A stretch of DNA of 64,000 bases, from contig CM076002.1 in assembly GCA_038087875.1 (NCBI GenBank), positions 186,001-250,000 of the forward strand, written 5' to 3'. This document shows positions 35,294 to 46,152 of the stretch, in pieces; position 1 is the stretch's first letter; each line of letters begins with the position of its first letter. The stretch comes from Malacoraja senta. Taxonomy: Eukaryota. Below the pieces are notes generated by a model. The model did no database searches, was not told where the DNA came from, and saw only the letters and a list, made by a program, of their open reading frames with translations. Both the position numbers and the translations under genes were made by a program.

Positions 35294-38200
35294 CAGGGGA
35301 GGAAATCACTATCAAAACATGGGGGGGGGGGAACACAATTTGGGGGCACGTTTCTTGGTGGCCGCGCACACAGACACGCGCAAGGCTTCGGCCGTGGGCC
35401 CTGTGGACGGTAACATTGGGAGCTAACCTGGTTGGTGACCGACTCCGAACTCCAGCAACGGCAGCTTCGACCGCCCCGAATCGTGTGGCTTGAATCGGCC
35501 CATACGCGGGGCCTTTCATCGCCTGGCGTGGCTTAAAATCATCCGGCGGGGGCTTCAACATCGGGAGCCTCGATCGCCTCGAAGCAGCACTTTGATTTTA
35601 GGCCATGCCGGGTGATGAAAGGCCTCGCGAATGGGCCGATTCAGTCCTTAGAAAGTGATACCCGCTTGAATCTTTCAAAAGCTACAATGTGATAAATAAC
35701 ACTTAAACAAATAAAACTGAAGCAAATAAAGGCAAACAGAAGTTCCAACCTTGGAGGGGAGAGAGAGAGATGGGAAAACATACTAAATAACGTGAGTGAC
35801 CCTGAATGAGGGACTTACCTGCAAGGTAGCCAGGAAACCCATTCGAGAAACAGAGGTGTGTAAAATGCGGGCGGAAGCAATAGGTAGCAAGATGAAAAGT
35901 AAAAGTGGCAGGCAGACAAATCCAGGGCAAAAATCAAAAAGGGCCACTTTTCAACATAATTGTATAAGGGGTAAGAGCGTTGTAAAAACAAGCCTGAAGG
36001 CTTTGTGTCTCAATGCAAGGAGCATTCGTAATAAGGTGGATGAGTTGAACGTGCAGATAGCAATTAATGATTATGATATAGTTGGGATCACGGAGACATG
36101 GCTCCAGGGTGACCAAGGCTGGGAGCTGAACATCCAGGGATATTCAATATTCAGGAGGGATAGAGAGAAAGGTAAAGGAGGTGGGGTAGCGTTGCTGGTT
36201 AGAGAGGAGATTAACGCAGTGGAAAGGAAGGACATTAGCTTGGAGGATGTGGAATCGGTATGGGTAGAGCTGCGAAACACTGAGGGGCAGAGAACGCTGG
36301 TGGGTGTTGTGTACAGGCCACCTAGCAGTAGTAGTGAAGCTGGGGATGGCATCAAACAGGAAATTAGAAATGCGTGCAACAAAGGCAAAACAGTTATAAT
36401 GGGTGACTTCAATCTACATATAGATTGGGTGAATCAAATTGGCAGGGGTGCTGAGGAAGAGGATTTCTTGGAATGTATGCGGGATAGTTATCTAAACCAA
36501 CATGTAGAGGAACCAACGAGAGAGCAGGCTATTCTAGACTGGGTATTGAGTAATGAGGAAGGGTTAGTTAGCAGTCTTGTTGTGCGTGCCCCCTTGGGCA
36601 AGAGTGACCATAATATGGTTGAGTTCTTCATTACAATGGAGAGTGACATTGTTAATTCAGAAACAACGGTTCTGAACTTAAAGAAAGGTAACTTTGAGGG
36701 TATGAGACGTGAATTGGCCAAGATTGACTGGCAATTAGTTCTAAAAGGGTTGACGGTGGATATGCAATGGAAGGCATTTAAAGACTGCATGGATGAACTA
36801 CAAAAATTGTTCATCCCAGTTTGGCAAAAGAATAAATCAGGGAAGGTAGTGCATCCGTGGATAACAAGGGAAATCAGGGATAGTATCAAAACAAAAGATG
36901 AAGCATACAAATTAGCCAGAAAAAGCAGCCTACCAGAGTACTGGGAGAAATTCAGAGACCAGCAGAGGAGGACAAAGGGCTTAATTAGGAAAGGGAAAAT
37001 AGATTATGAAAGGAAACTGGCAGGGAACATAAAAACAGACTGCAAAAGTTTTTATAGATATGTGAAGAGAAAGAGATTAGTTAAAACAAATGTAGGTCCC
37101 TTGCAGTCAGAAACAGGTGAATTGATCATGGGGAACAAGGATATGGCGGACCAATTGAATAACTACTTTGGTTCCGTCTTCACTAAGGAAGACATAAATA
37201 ATCTGCCGGAAATAGCAGGGGGCCGCGGGTCAAAGGAGATGGAGGAACTGAGTGAAATCCAGGTTAGTCGGGAAGTGGTGTTGGGTAAATTGAATGGATT
37301 AAAGGCCAATAAATCACCAGGGCCAGATAGGCTGCATCCCAGAGTTCTTAAGGAAGTAGCTCCAGAAATAGTGGATGCATTAGTGATAATTTTTCAAAAC
37401 TCTTTAGATTCTGGAGTAGTTCCTGAGGATTGGAGGGTAGCAAACGTAACCCCACTTTTTAAGAAGGGAGGGAGAGAGAAAATGGGGAATTACAGACCAG
37501 TTAGTCTAACATCGGTAGTGGGGAAACTGCTAGAGTCAGTTATTAAAGATGGGATAGCAGCACATTTGGAAAGTGGTGAAATCATTGGACAAAGTCAGCA
37601 TGGATTTACGAAAGGTAAATCGTGTCTGACGAATCTTATAGAATTTTTCGAGGATGTAACTAGTAGAGTGGATAGGGGAGAACCAGTGGATGTGTTGTAT
37701 CTGGACTTTCAGAAGGCTTTCGACAAGGTACCACATAAGAGATTAGGTTACAAACTTAAATCACACGGTATTGGGGGTTCAGTATTGATGTGGATAGAGA
37801 ACTGGCTGGCAAACAGGAAGCAAAGAGTAGGAGTAAACGGGTCCTTTTCGCAATGGCAGGCAGTGACTAGTGGGGTACCGCAAGGCTCAGTGCTGGGACC
37901 CCAGCTATTTACAATTTATATTAATGTCCTGGATGAGGGAATTGAAAGCAACATCTCCAAGTTTGCGGATGACACTAAGCTGGGGGGCAGTGTTAGCTGT
38001 GAGGAGAATGCTAGGAGACTGCAAGGTGACTTGGATAGGCTGGGTGTGTGGGCAAATGTTTGGCAGATGCAGTATAATGTGGATAAATGTGAGGTTATCC
38101 ACTTTGGTGGCAAAAACGGGAATGCAGACTATTATCTAAATGGTGGCCGATTAGGAAATGGGGAGATGCAGCGAGACCTGGGTGTCATGGTACACCAGTC

Positions 38201-39278
38201 ATTGAAAGTAGGCATGCAGGTGCAGCAGGCAGTGAAGAAAGCGAATGGTATGTTGGCCTTCATAGCAAGAGGATTTGAGTATAGGAGCAGGGAGGTTCTA
38301 CTGCAGTTGTACAGGGTCTTGGTGAGACCACACCTGGAGTATTGCGTACAGTTTTGGTCTCCAAATCTGAGGAAGGACATTATAGCCATGGAGGGAGTGC
38401 AGAGAAGGTTCACCAGACTGATTCCTGGGATGTCAGGACTTTCATATGAAGAAAGGCTGGATAGACTTGGCTTATACTCGCTAGAATTTAGGAGATTGAG
38501 AGGGGATCTTATAGAAACGTACAAAATTCTTATGGGGTTGGACAGGCTAGATGCAGGAAGATTGTTCCCGATGTTGGGGAAGTCCAGGACAAGGGGTCAC
38601 AGCTTAAGGATAAGGGGGAAATCCTTTAAGACCGAGATGAGGAAAAACTTTTTCACACAGAGAGTGGTGAATCTCTGGAACTCTCTGCCACAGAGGATAG
38701 TTGAGGCCAGTTCATTGGCTATATTTAAGAGGGAGTTAGATGTGGCCCTTGTGGCTAAGGGGATCAGGGGGTATGGAGAGAAGGCATGTACGGGATACTG
38801 AGTTGGATGATCAGCCATGATCATATTGAATGGCGGTGCAGGCTCGAAGGGCCGAATGGCCTACTCCTGCACCTATTTTCAATGTATCTATGTATCTATG
38901 ACCGGAGCTCTCAATGACCTGACCCGTTTAAATCCGATACCCGTTTAAATCTTTCCCATCCATCAATACATCTAATTATTTCAAATGGTAATTGTACCCA
39001 CATCAGACAACTTTAAGAAATTATCCGTGAATACCTTCAGTAATACTTGAAGGTCAAAACACAATTGGTGATACATCGTGTTAACATGATGTTAATATGT
39101 TAATAGAGACATTTAACAAGCACTTGACAGTGACACCCCACTGTCTCGCGGAAAGCGGAGATTTTAATAGATTTCTTTTCACCGAATTTCAAAATATAAG
39201 GGAGATTGTCCCCCACCTCTCAAAACATGGGAGGGGCGTGTGTGTGTCCCCCACCCACCCCCCGGAATTCCACCCATG
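35294..39278. mobile_element. Possible non-autonomous TIR element inside a minus-strand CR1 tail, hosting the CR1-B copy
   Basis: Inverted termini caggggaggaaat / catgggtggaatt; tcaaaacatggg near both ends; no clear TSD. Confidence 0.4.
35796..38801 (+). CDS. CR1 family B ORF2 (APE plus RT), intact, ~1000 codons; element extends to ~38898
   Basis: [26 protein letters not shown] and FADD motifs; CR1 3' hairpin and (ctatgtat) tail; ORF1 absent. Confidence 0.96.
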   Translation: MTLNEGLTCKVARKPIRETEVCKMRAEAIGSKMKSKSGRQTNPGQKSKRATFQHNCIRGKSVVKTSLKALCLNARSIRNKVDELNVQIAINDYDIVGITETWLQGDQGWELNIQGYSIFRRDREKGKGGGVALLVREEINAVERKDISLEDVESVWVELRNTEGQRTLVGVVYRPPSSSSEAGDGIKQEIRNACNKGKTVIMGDFNLHIDWVNQIGRGAEEEDFLECMRDSYLNQHVEEPTREQAILDWVLSNEEGLVSSLVVRAPLGKSDHNMVEFFITMESDIVNSETTVLNLKKGNFEGMRRELAKIDWQLVLKGLTVDMQWKAFKDCMDELQKLFIPVWQKNKSGKVVHPWITREIRDSIKTKDEAYKLARKSSLPEYWEKFRDQQRRTKGLIRKGKIDYERKLAGNIKTDCKSFYRYVKRKRLVKTNVGPLQSETGELIMGNKDMADQLNNYFGSVFTKEDINNLPEIAGGRGSKEMEELSEIQVSREVVLGKLNGLKANKSPGPDRLHPRVLKEVAPEIVDALVIIFQNSLDSGVVPEDWRVANVTPLFKKGGREKMGNYRPVSLTSVVGKLLESVIKDGIAAHLESGEIIGQSQHGFTKGKSCLTNLIEFFEDVTSRVDRGEPVDVLYLDFQKAFDKVPHKRLGYKLKSHGIGGSVLMWIENWLANRKQRVGVNGSFSQWQAVTSGVPQGSVLGPQLFTIYINVLDEGIESNISKFADDTKLGGSVSCEENARRLQGDLDRLGVWANVWQMQYNVDKCEVIHFGGKNGNADYYLNGGRLGNGEMQRDLGVMVHQSLKVGMQVQQAVKKANGMLAFIARGFEYRSREVLLQLYRVLVRPHLEYCVQFWSPNLRKDIIAMEGVQRRFTRLIPGMSGLSYEERLDRLGLYSLEFRRLRGDLIETYKILMGLDRLDAGRLFPMLGKSRTRGHSLRIRGKSFKTEMRKNFFTQRVVNLWNSLPQRIVEASSLAIFKRELDVALVAKGIRGYGEKACTGY

Positions 39279-40086
39279 ATCTGGGTGAAGACGTTTTTTA
39301 CTCATCTCAGTCCTCAATGCCCTGCCCTTTATTCTTAAACTGTGACCCCTGGTTCAGGACTCCAACATCGGAAACATTTCCCCTGCATCTAGCCTGTATA
39401 GCTGCAGTAGGACCTCTTTGCTCCTATACTCAAATCCTCTTGCTATGAAGGCCAGCATGCCATTAGCTTTCTTCCCTGCCTGCTGAACTTACACGCTTAC
39501 TTCTATAGTATCCGCTTCTCTGGCAGTTCGTTCCACATACGGACCACTCTGAGTGAAAAGGTTGTCCCCGAGTTCCCTTTTAAATTTCTCCCCTCTCACG
39601 TTAAGCCTGTGGCCTCCAGCTTTAGAATCCTCTACCCTGGGAAAAGACTGTGAGTGTTCACTTTATCCATGTCCCTCATGATCATGTACACCTCAATAAG
39701 GTCACCCCTCAGCCTCCTACGCTTCAGAGAACAAAGTCCCAGCCTATGCAGCGTCTCCCTGTAACTCAAGCCCACAAGCCCAGGGAGCAACACTTTGATG
39801 GTGTCACCCATTCCTCCCGCACTTTGTGCACCACTCCAGAGTTTGAGGGTACGTGGCCGGGGAGGTATCGAGATGTACTCCCGAGTGAAAGGACAGTGTA
39901 CTCTCGATTTAGGGGACAGATTACAGGCGGACATTTAAAGCAGCTGTGTACTGGCAGAGTCACCTCTTCCCCATTGTGGACATTGGACTTTGTCCGTGGA
40001 CTGTTGCTGGACAGAGCTGAGAGCTCCACCCTGCACTCCACACTCTAACTCAAGCCTGCAAGCCCAGGTAACGTTATAGGGGAGGT

Positions 40087-40330
40087 ACACAAAAATGCTG
40101 GAGAAACTCAGCGGGTGCAGCAGCATCTATGGAGCGAAGGAAATAGGTAACGTTTCGGGCCGAAACCCTTCTTCAGACTGATAGGGGGTTGTGAGAAGAA
40201 AGGAAAAAAGGAAAAAGGCGGAGGAGGAGCCCGAGGGCTGGGGGAGTGGAGGAGACAACCAGATGGCTGATGAAGGGGAGGGGACAGCAAGGGCTAGCAG
40301 AATTGGGAGAATTCAATGTTCAAGCCCCCA
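40087..40330 (-). mobile_element. Penelope-like element 3' fragment
   Basis: ORF end GLNIEFSQFC* (GIY-YIG C-terminus type) followed by a pyrimidine-rich UTR; TSD aacgttatagg(g)gaggt (40070-40086 / 40331-40346). Confidence 0.75.
40143..40182 (-). ncRNA. Minimal hammerhead ribozyme-like motif
   Basis: CUGAAGA-A-GGGU(UUCG)GCCC-GAAA-CG-UU; stem I pairs poorly. Confidence 0.55.
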
Positions 40331-40337
40331 AACGTTA

Positions 40338-41235
40338 TAGGGAGGTTTTCACGGCAGTCGGGTCACGACCCATGACCCGTACTGTTGCTACGCTACGCCA
40401 AGTGGATTACAAGCGATGAACTGCAGGTAAGTACTTACCATTGTTTCCAGCGTAGCGGGCCCGTTAAAACACGCCGAAATTGTCAATCGTTGCGCTGTAA
40501 ATAATTATGGAAATCGGGATAAGCGTGGGAGACATTTAACCAACTTCAGAATTCAAAAAGTGAGGAGAAATGACGGTAGATTGAAGCGAGAGCTGAAGGG
40601 ACAACAACAGCCAGAGTGCTTGGCGAACATTGGCCGTTTGCTCACTGCATTTCATCAACTAAGTCATTATTTGTGTTTTTTCTTTGTTCCTTTGGCATCT
40701 AAAAAGTTTCAGAAGAGATAAATCTGGCTGTAAAATTTTAAAATCGCCCCTGGTTCTCAAGTGGGTTTTTACATACAAAAAGAAAACGTCTCTGAAGCAA
40801 AATTTACAACCAGATTTATCACTTCTGAGACTTTTTAGATACCAAAGGAATCAAGAAAAACCACAAATTATGCCTTGCCGTTAATGAAATGCAGTGAGCA
40901 AACGCGATAAATCCCAATATTTTCAATTCCGATATCTGCACGGCCAATGTTCGTCAAGCACTTTAGCTGTTGTTGTCCCTTCAGCTCTCGCTTCTCTTTA
41001 CCTTCACTTCACTTTTGGAATTCTGAAGTTAGGTACATGTCTCTCACACTTACCCCGACTTCCACAATTTTTTACAGCGGAAAAATACAACATTTTGGCG
41101 GTTTTTAACAGGTAGGAAAGTACGTGTTTCTAGCATTAATAACATATACCGGAAGTTACGGATGTCCTCCAGATGGATTGAGCGGCTCCGTGCGTCAAGC
41201 CCTATGACCCGGTGACCTTACGTGCAACCCCCCTA
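40338..41235. mobile_element. Foldback/MITE-like element
   Basis: Termini tagggaggttttcacg / cgtgcaacccccccta-type; long imperfect inverted arms at ~40470-40738 and ~40800-41110. Confidence 0.8.
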
Positions 41236-41626
41236 TACATACTTTACGTATTCAGTTTGGAAACAGGCCCTTCGGCCCACCGAGTCCATGCTGACCAGCG
41301 ATCACTCCATGCACTCGCACGATCCTGCACACTAGGGACAACTTTACATCAGGGTCTCTGGCACTGTATAGGTAGCAACTCTACCTCTGCGTCACTGTGC
41401 CGACCCTAATCACATCGTGGTGAATCTCTCCTGCACCCTTTCCAACTTAATGCCAGCCTCCTTGTACAGCGATGACCAGAACTACACGCTGCCCTCCTTA
41501 CACAGCCGTGCCAACGTCCTACACAGCTCTTGATGAGCCACCTCTGTAATGAATCCACACAGTATCAGGTTGTGTGTTTGAGCCCAGCCTTGCCTTGTAG
41601 TCCCACCTTCCTGTGTCCGCCCCTAC

Positions 41627-41804
41627 CTGTGTTGGCTCCTGTGACGATGGCCGTCTTGCCGCTCAGATCCACAGGACAATCCGCCGGCCGCCAGCGCCCT
41701 CTCCTCTGGGACCTGAGCACCAGGACGAGGAGGAGGCAGACCAGGGACCAGAGGGGGTGGGAGGCGAGAGAGAGGAGGGGGGAGAGCAGCAGAGACAGCT
41801 CCAT
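41627..41804 (-). CDS. First coding exon (copy A) of the SDR gene: N-terminal signal anchor plus GKTAIVTGANT(G)
   Basis: Kozak ACCATGG; 178 nt (59 codons + 1); donor G|GTAGGG; phase compatible with exon 2. Confidence 0.88.
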
Positions 41805-41864
41805 GGTCCCAGTGTGGGACAAGATGACTGTCAGCAGCCAGAGCTGGCCATAATCCAAGACCAG

Positions 41865-41912
41865 TCCACTCTTAAAGGGACAGTGTCATCAACAGGAGGC
41901 TTCCCAATCCAA
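41865..41912 (-). promoter_or_regulatory. Candidate core promoter of exon 1A
   Basis: CCAAT at ~41904-41908 and TATA-like TTTAAG at ~41871-41876, 70-100 nt upstream of the ATG; motif evidence only. Confidence 0.3.
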
Positions 41913-42645
41913 GGGGTTCCTGTTCTCAAATACCCCCTCCCCCCCCCCCCCGGGACCCTGAGCTACAGGGAGAGGGTGGGCCGGCTGCAACGTTATTCTT
42001 TAGACTTTACAGGTAAAATCTTGGAGTGCAGGAGGATGAGGGGTGATCTGGCAGAGGTGTATACAATTATGAGAGCCTTTTACCCAGAGTATGGGAATCA
42101 AGAATCACGTAGGTTTTAGAGGCGATAGATTTGATGGAAACTGAGCGGTAACTTTTTCACACAGAGGGTGGTGGGTGTATGGAACCAACTGCCAGAGGTA
42201 GTTGAGGCAGGGACTATAACAACATTTAAACGACACTTGGACAGGTATGTGGATGTGAGATGTTTACAGGGAAATGGTCCCAAACACGAACAAATGGAAG
42301 GAGCAAGGATGGGCCACGTTGGTCAGCATGGCCGAGCTGGGAGGAAGGGCCTGTTTCCGTGCTGTCTAACTCTGTGACCATATTCTGCAGTCTGGTATTA
42401 TTCTGTTTGCATAACCTGTTTATGACCTAATTATATTTGAGGACAGCATGTTGTAACCGGATCGCACACGAGCAAATTATTTTGCAGTTATCATGATACA
42501 TCACGACAGAAGGCTCCTTGTGGCGATCCCTGGAAGCGACGACGCCATGCGACAATTCTGTCAACATCGTCCGACACAAGAGCGAACAAAACATGTGACC
42601 AAAATAAACCATACCAATACTCTTTCTTACTTAATGAGCCAGCAG

Positions 42646-42839
<194 letters not shown>

Positions 42840-43274
42840 CCCCCCCCCCCCTGGTTCATCGGTCGGGGTGAATGAATTTTCTGTTTTCTCTCTTTCTGTT
42901 TTCTCTCTCTGATGAAAGTCCAAAGCTGCGAAGCTTCACAAAGAACTTTCAAATTCACAAAACATTCCCACGTTGTAAGTCGGATCTGATTCAAAATATG
43001 GAGACAGAAGGAACTGCATGTGCTGGAAACGTGAGCAAAACACAATGTGTTGGAGGAACTCTCTGAGTCCTCAGTGGAGAGTCATAGTCTTACAGCGTGG
43101 AGACAGGCCCATAGGCCCAACTTGCCCACACCGGCCAACATGTCCCATCTACACTAGTCCCACCTGCCAGTGTTTCGCCCACGTCCCTTAGCTGAGAACT
43201 ATATCTTGCACTCCACATTCTAACGCAAGCCTGCAGGCCCAGGTAACTATACAAATACTTTGGATATTCAGCGC

Positions 43275-45771
43275 GGAAACGGGCCCTTCGGCCCACCAAG
43301 TCCGTGCCGATCAGCGATCATCCCGTACACAAGCACTACACACTAGGGACAATACTAGTTTTACCGAAGCCAATTAATAGCAATGTTACAACATTTTGAG
43401 AATTAAAAAATCAAGTCTGCAATTTATCCCATCAGATAAAGCATAAAAAGAAGTTTAATTTGACACCTAATTCACTTTCATATCTTCAGTATTAAAAAAG
43501 GTATGGCCATTTTCATACTCGGGAAATTAGCATCTTGTTCCCTATTGCTTTTCCATTGACTGAACGCAAAAGCTGTGATCGAGGACAGTCAAAAGCCCAT
43601 AACTTTCTTAAAAATTAAGAGAACTGAATGAAATTTTCAGTTATTATAGATTGAAGCATTCTGAAACAAATATGAAACAATCTTACTTGGATGACTTGAA
43701 ATTAAAGCATATAATTAGTTAGTTACCTAATCGTAGTAATTACAAAATTCAATTACTAGATCTAAACATTTATCAATTTCTTAAGAAAAGGTTAACATTT
43801 TTAAATAGCCTAGGTGTCCAAATAACATTCACACAAGAATTCACAATATAACATGATTTTTAAATCTCATTGTCATGAATTTATAGGCCAAATGGAAGGA
43901 ATTTAGTGTTTAATTCCTGTAAATTAATGGCCATTTAAATCATCTTGCAAGTGGGATTTTGTGGAACGGGATCGATTGGAACGTTGCATTTGCGGTGAAT
44001 TTAAACCCCATATCGGCAGGAAAAATACTGCCGGTTCGTATGTTTACAGTCACCTTTCGCAACGTAAAATTTTGATTAAAGGCATCCTAAGAAGCAAGTT
44101 TATATGTAAATTAAACGGCTTTCTTTTACCTGTCCCGTGCGTGAAATCCGTCCCCGTTGTCAGCGTTGACGGCCTTAGAAGATGCTTTTTAATTTACTCC
44201 AGCAATTAAATTATCCAGTGCAGTTTAAAATTAATTTAATAAAACCGATGTCGAAGCGATTTTTCTTCAGCGTCTAAACAGCCTGTTCAATATCGATTTG
44301 GATAGGCTGGAGAAATACCGCATTTTAAACCCGCCCCCTCTCAAAGGCGCCAAAGTCGCGCACACGAGCAGTGACAGCACTGCTGCGCCGCTGAAGGTAA
44401 GTTTTGTAACATACGTAGATCTAGCAATTGAATTTTGTAATTAGCTACAATTAGGTAACAAACTAATTATATGCTTTAATTTCAGGTCATCCAAGTAAGA
44501 TTGTTTCATATTTGTTTCAGAATGCTTCAATCTATAATAACTGAACATTTCATTCGGTTCTCTTAATTTTTAAGAAAGTTATGGGCTTTTGACTGTCCTT
44601 GATCACAGCTTTTGAGTTAAGTCAATGGAAAAGCAATAGGGAACAAGATGCTAATTTCAGAGTATGAAAATGGCCATAACTGTTTTAATACTGAAGATAT
44701 GAAAGTGAATTAGTAGGAATGTTACAAAACTTACCTTCAGCGGCTCTGCAGTTCTGCCACTGGCCGTGTGCGCGACTTTGCGCCTTTGAGGGGGGGGGCG
44801 GGATTAAAATGCTGTTTTCTCCTGCCTGTCCGAGATATCTTTTCTCGGGCTACTTACCTGATGCTGAAAATTCGTTCCGACTGCCATTCTCGGAAAAAAA
44901 ACTTTTAAACCGCGGGACAATTTAAGCGCTGGAGTAAAATAAAAAGCTACTTCTAACGCCGACAACGGGACGGATCTCACGTACGGGACAAAACATAAAG
45001 GTAAGTCGTCTATTTTACATATAAACTTGCTTCTTAACTTTAATCAAAATTTCATTGGCGAAAACGTGATTATGTAAATATACGAACCGGCAGTGTTTTT
45101 CCTGCCGATATGGGGTTTAAATTCACCGCAACCGCAACGCTCCAAACAATCACGTTCCACAAAAACCCACTCGCAAGATGATTTAAATGACCATTAATTT
45201 ACGGGAATTAATCACTAAATTCCTTCCATTTGGCCTATAAATTCATGACAATGAGATTCAAAAATCATGTTATATTGTGAATTATTGTGTGAATGTTATT
45301 TGGACACGTAGGCTATTTTAAAAATGTTAACCTTTTCTTAAGAAATGGATAGATGTTTATGAATTAACCTACAAATATGCACATCTTTAGTAAGTAAGTA
45401 AGTAATTTTTATTTATATAGCACTTTTAAATCAAATCACGTTGAAGCCAAGGTGCTTTACAGAGAAAAAATTAGATTACCATACATCCATATAAAAGAAA
45501 AAAGAAAAAAAGACACAATACATTATAGGATTCAACATGAACGTCCCCCCAACAGCAGAATCAACACCTTCCACTGTGAGGGAAGGCACCAAAAAGTCCA
45601 TTCCTCCTCCTCCTCCTTAGGAATGTGGGAGAAAACTGGAGCACCTGGGGAAAACCCACACGGTCACAGGTAATACGTGCAAACTCTGAACAGACAGCAC
45701 CCGTAGTCAGGATTGAACCGGGGTCTCTAGCACTGTAAGGCAGCAACTCTCCCGCTGTGTCACTGTGCCGA
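43275..45771 (-). mobile_element. tRNA-derived V-SINE/HE1-like SINE split by insertions (43378-45360 and ~45390-45620)
   Basis: Head ggcacagtgacacagcgg...ggttcaatcctgac; V-domain-like gagtttgcacgt...gtgtgggttttcc; CR1-type tail gtgggccgaagggcccgtttcc. An internally deleted counterpart lies at ~41260-41401. Confidence 0.7.
43378..45360. mobile_element. Pair of ~1-kb non-autonomous TIR elements in opposite orientation, the second permuted
   Basis: Copy 1 spans 43378-44417 (tagcaatgttacaac...gttttgtaacatacgta). 44418-44713 and 44714-45360 are reverse-complement homologues of its left and right parts. Confidence 0.8.
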
Positions 45772-45974
45772 CCCGAATCTCTCCTGCACCCTTTCCAACT
45801 TAATGCCAGCCTCCTTGTACAGCGGTGACCAGAACTACACGCTGCCATCCTTACGCAGCCGTGCCAACGTCCTACACAGCTACTGATGAGCCACCTCTGT
45901 AATGAATCCACACAGTATCAGGTTGTGTGTTTGAGCCTTGCCTTGTAGTCCCACCTTCTCCCCGCCGCCCCTAC

Positions 45975-46152
45975 CTGTGTTGGCTCCTGTGACGATGGCC
46001 GTCTTGCCGCTCAGATACACAGGACAATTCGCCGGCCGCCAGCGCCCTCTCCTCTGGGACCTGAGCACAACGATGAGGAGGAGGCAGACCAGGGACCAGA
46101 GGGGATGGGAGGCGAGAGAGAGGAGGGGGGAGAGCAGCAGAGACAGCTCCAT
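45975..46152 (-). CDS. Duplicate first coding exon (copy B) of the SDR gene
   Basis: 178 nt with the same Kozak and donor as copy A; 6 nt and 4 aa differences; no stop codon. Confidence 0.75.

Noticed and set aside
35910..35935. RQTNPGQ near the N-terminus of CR1-B ORF2 as a 2A-like peptide
   Set aside because: It lacks the DxExNPGP consensus.
39984..39992. HNF4-like site TGGACTTTG in intron 1
   Set aside because: A single 9-mer is too weak without conservation or chromatin data.
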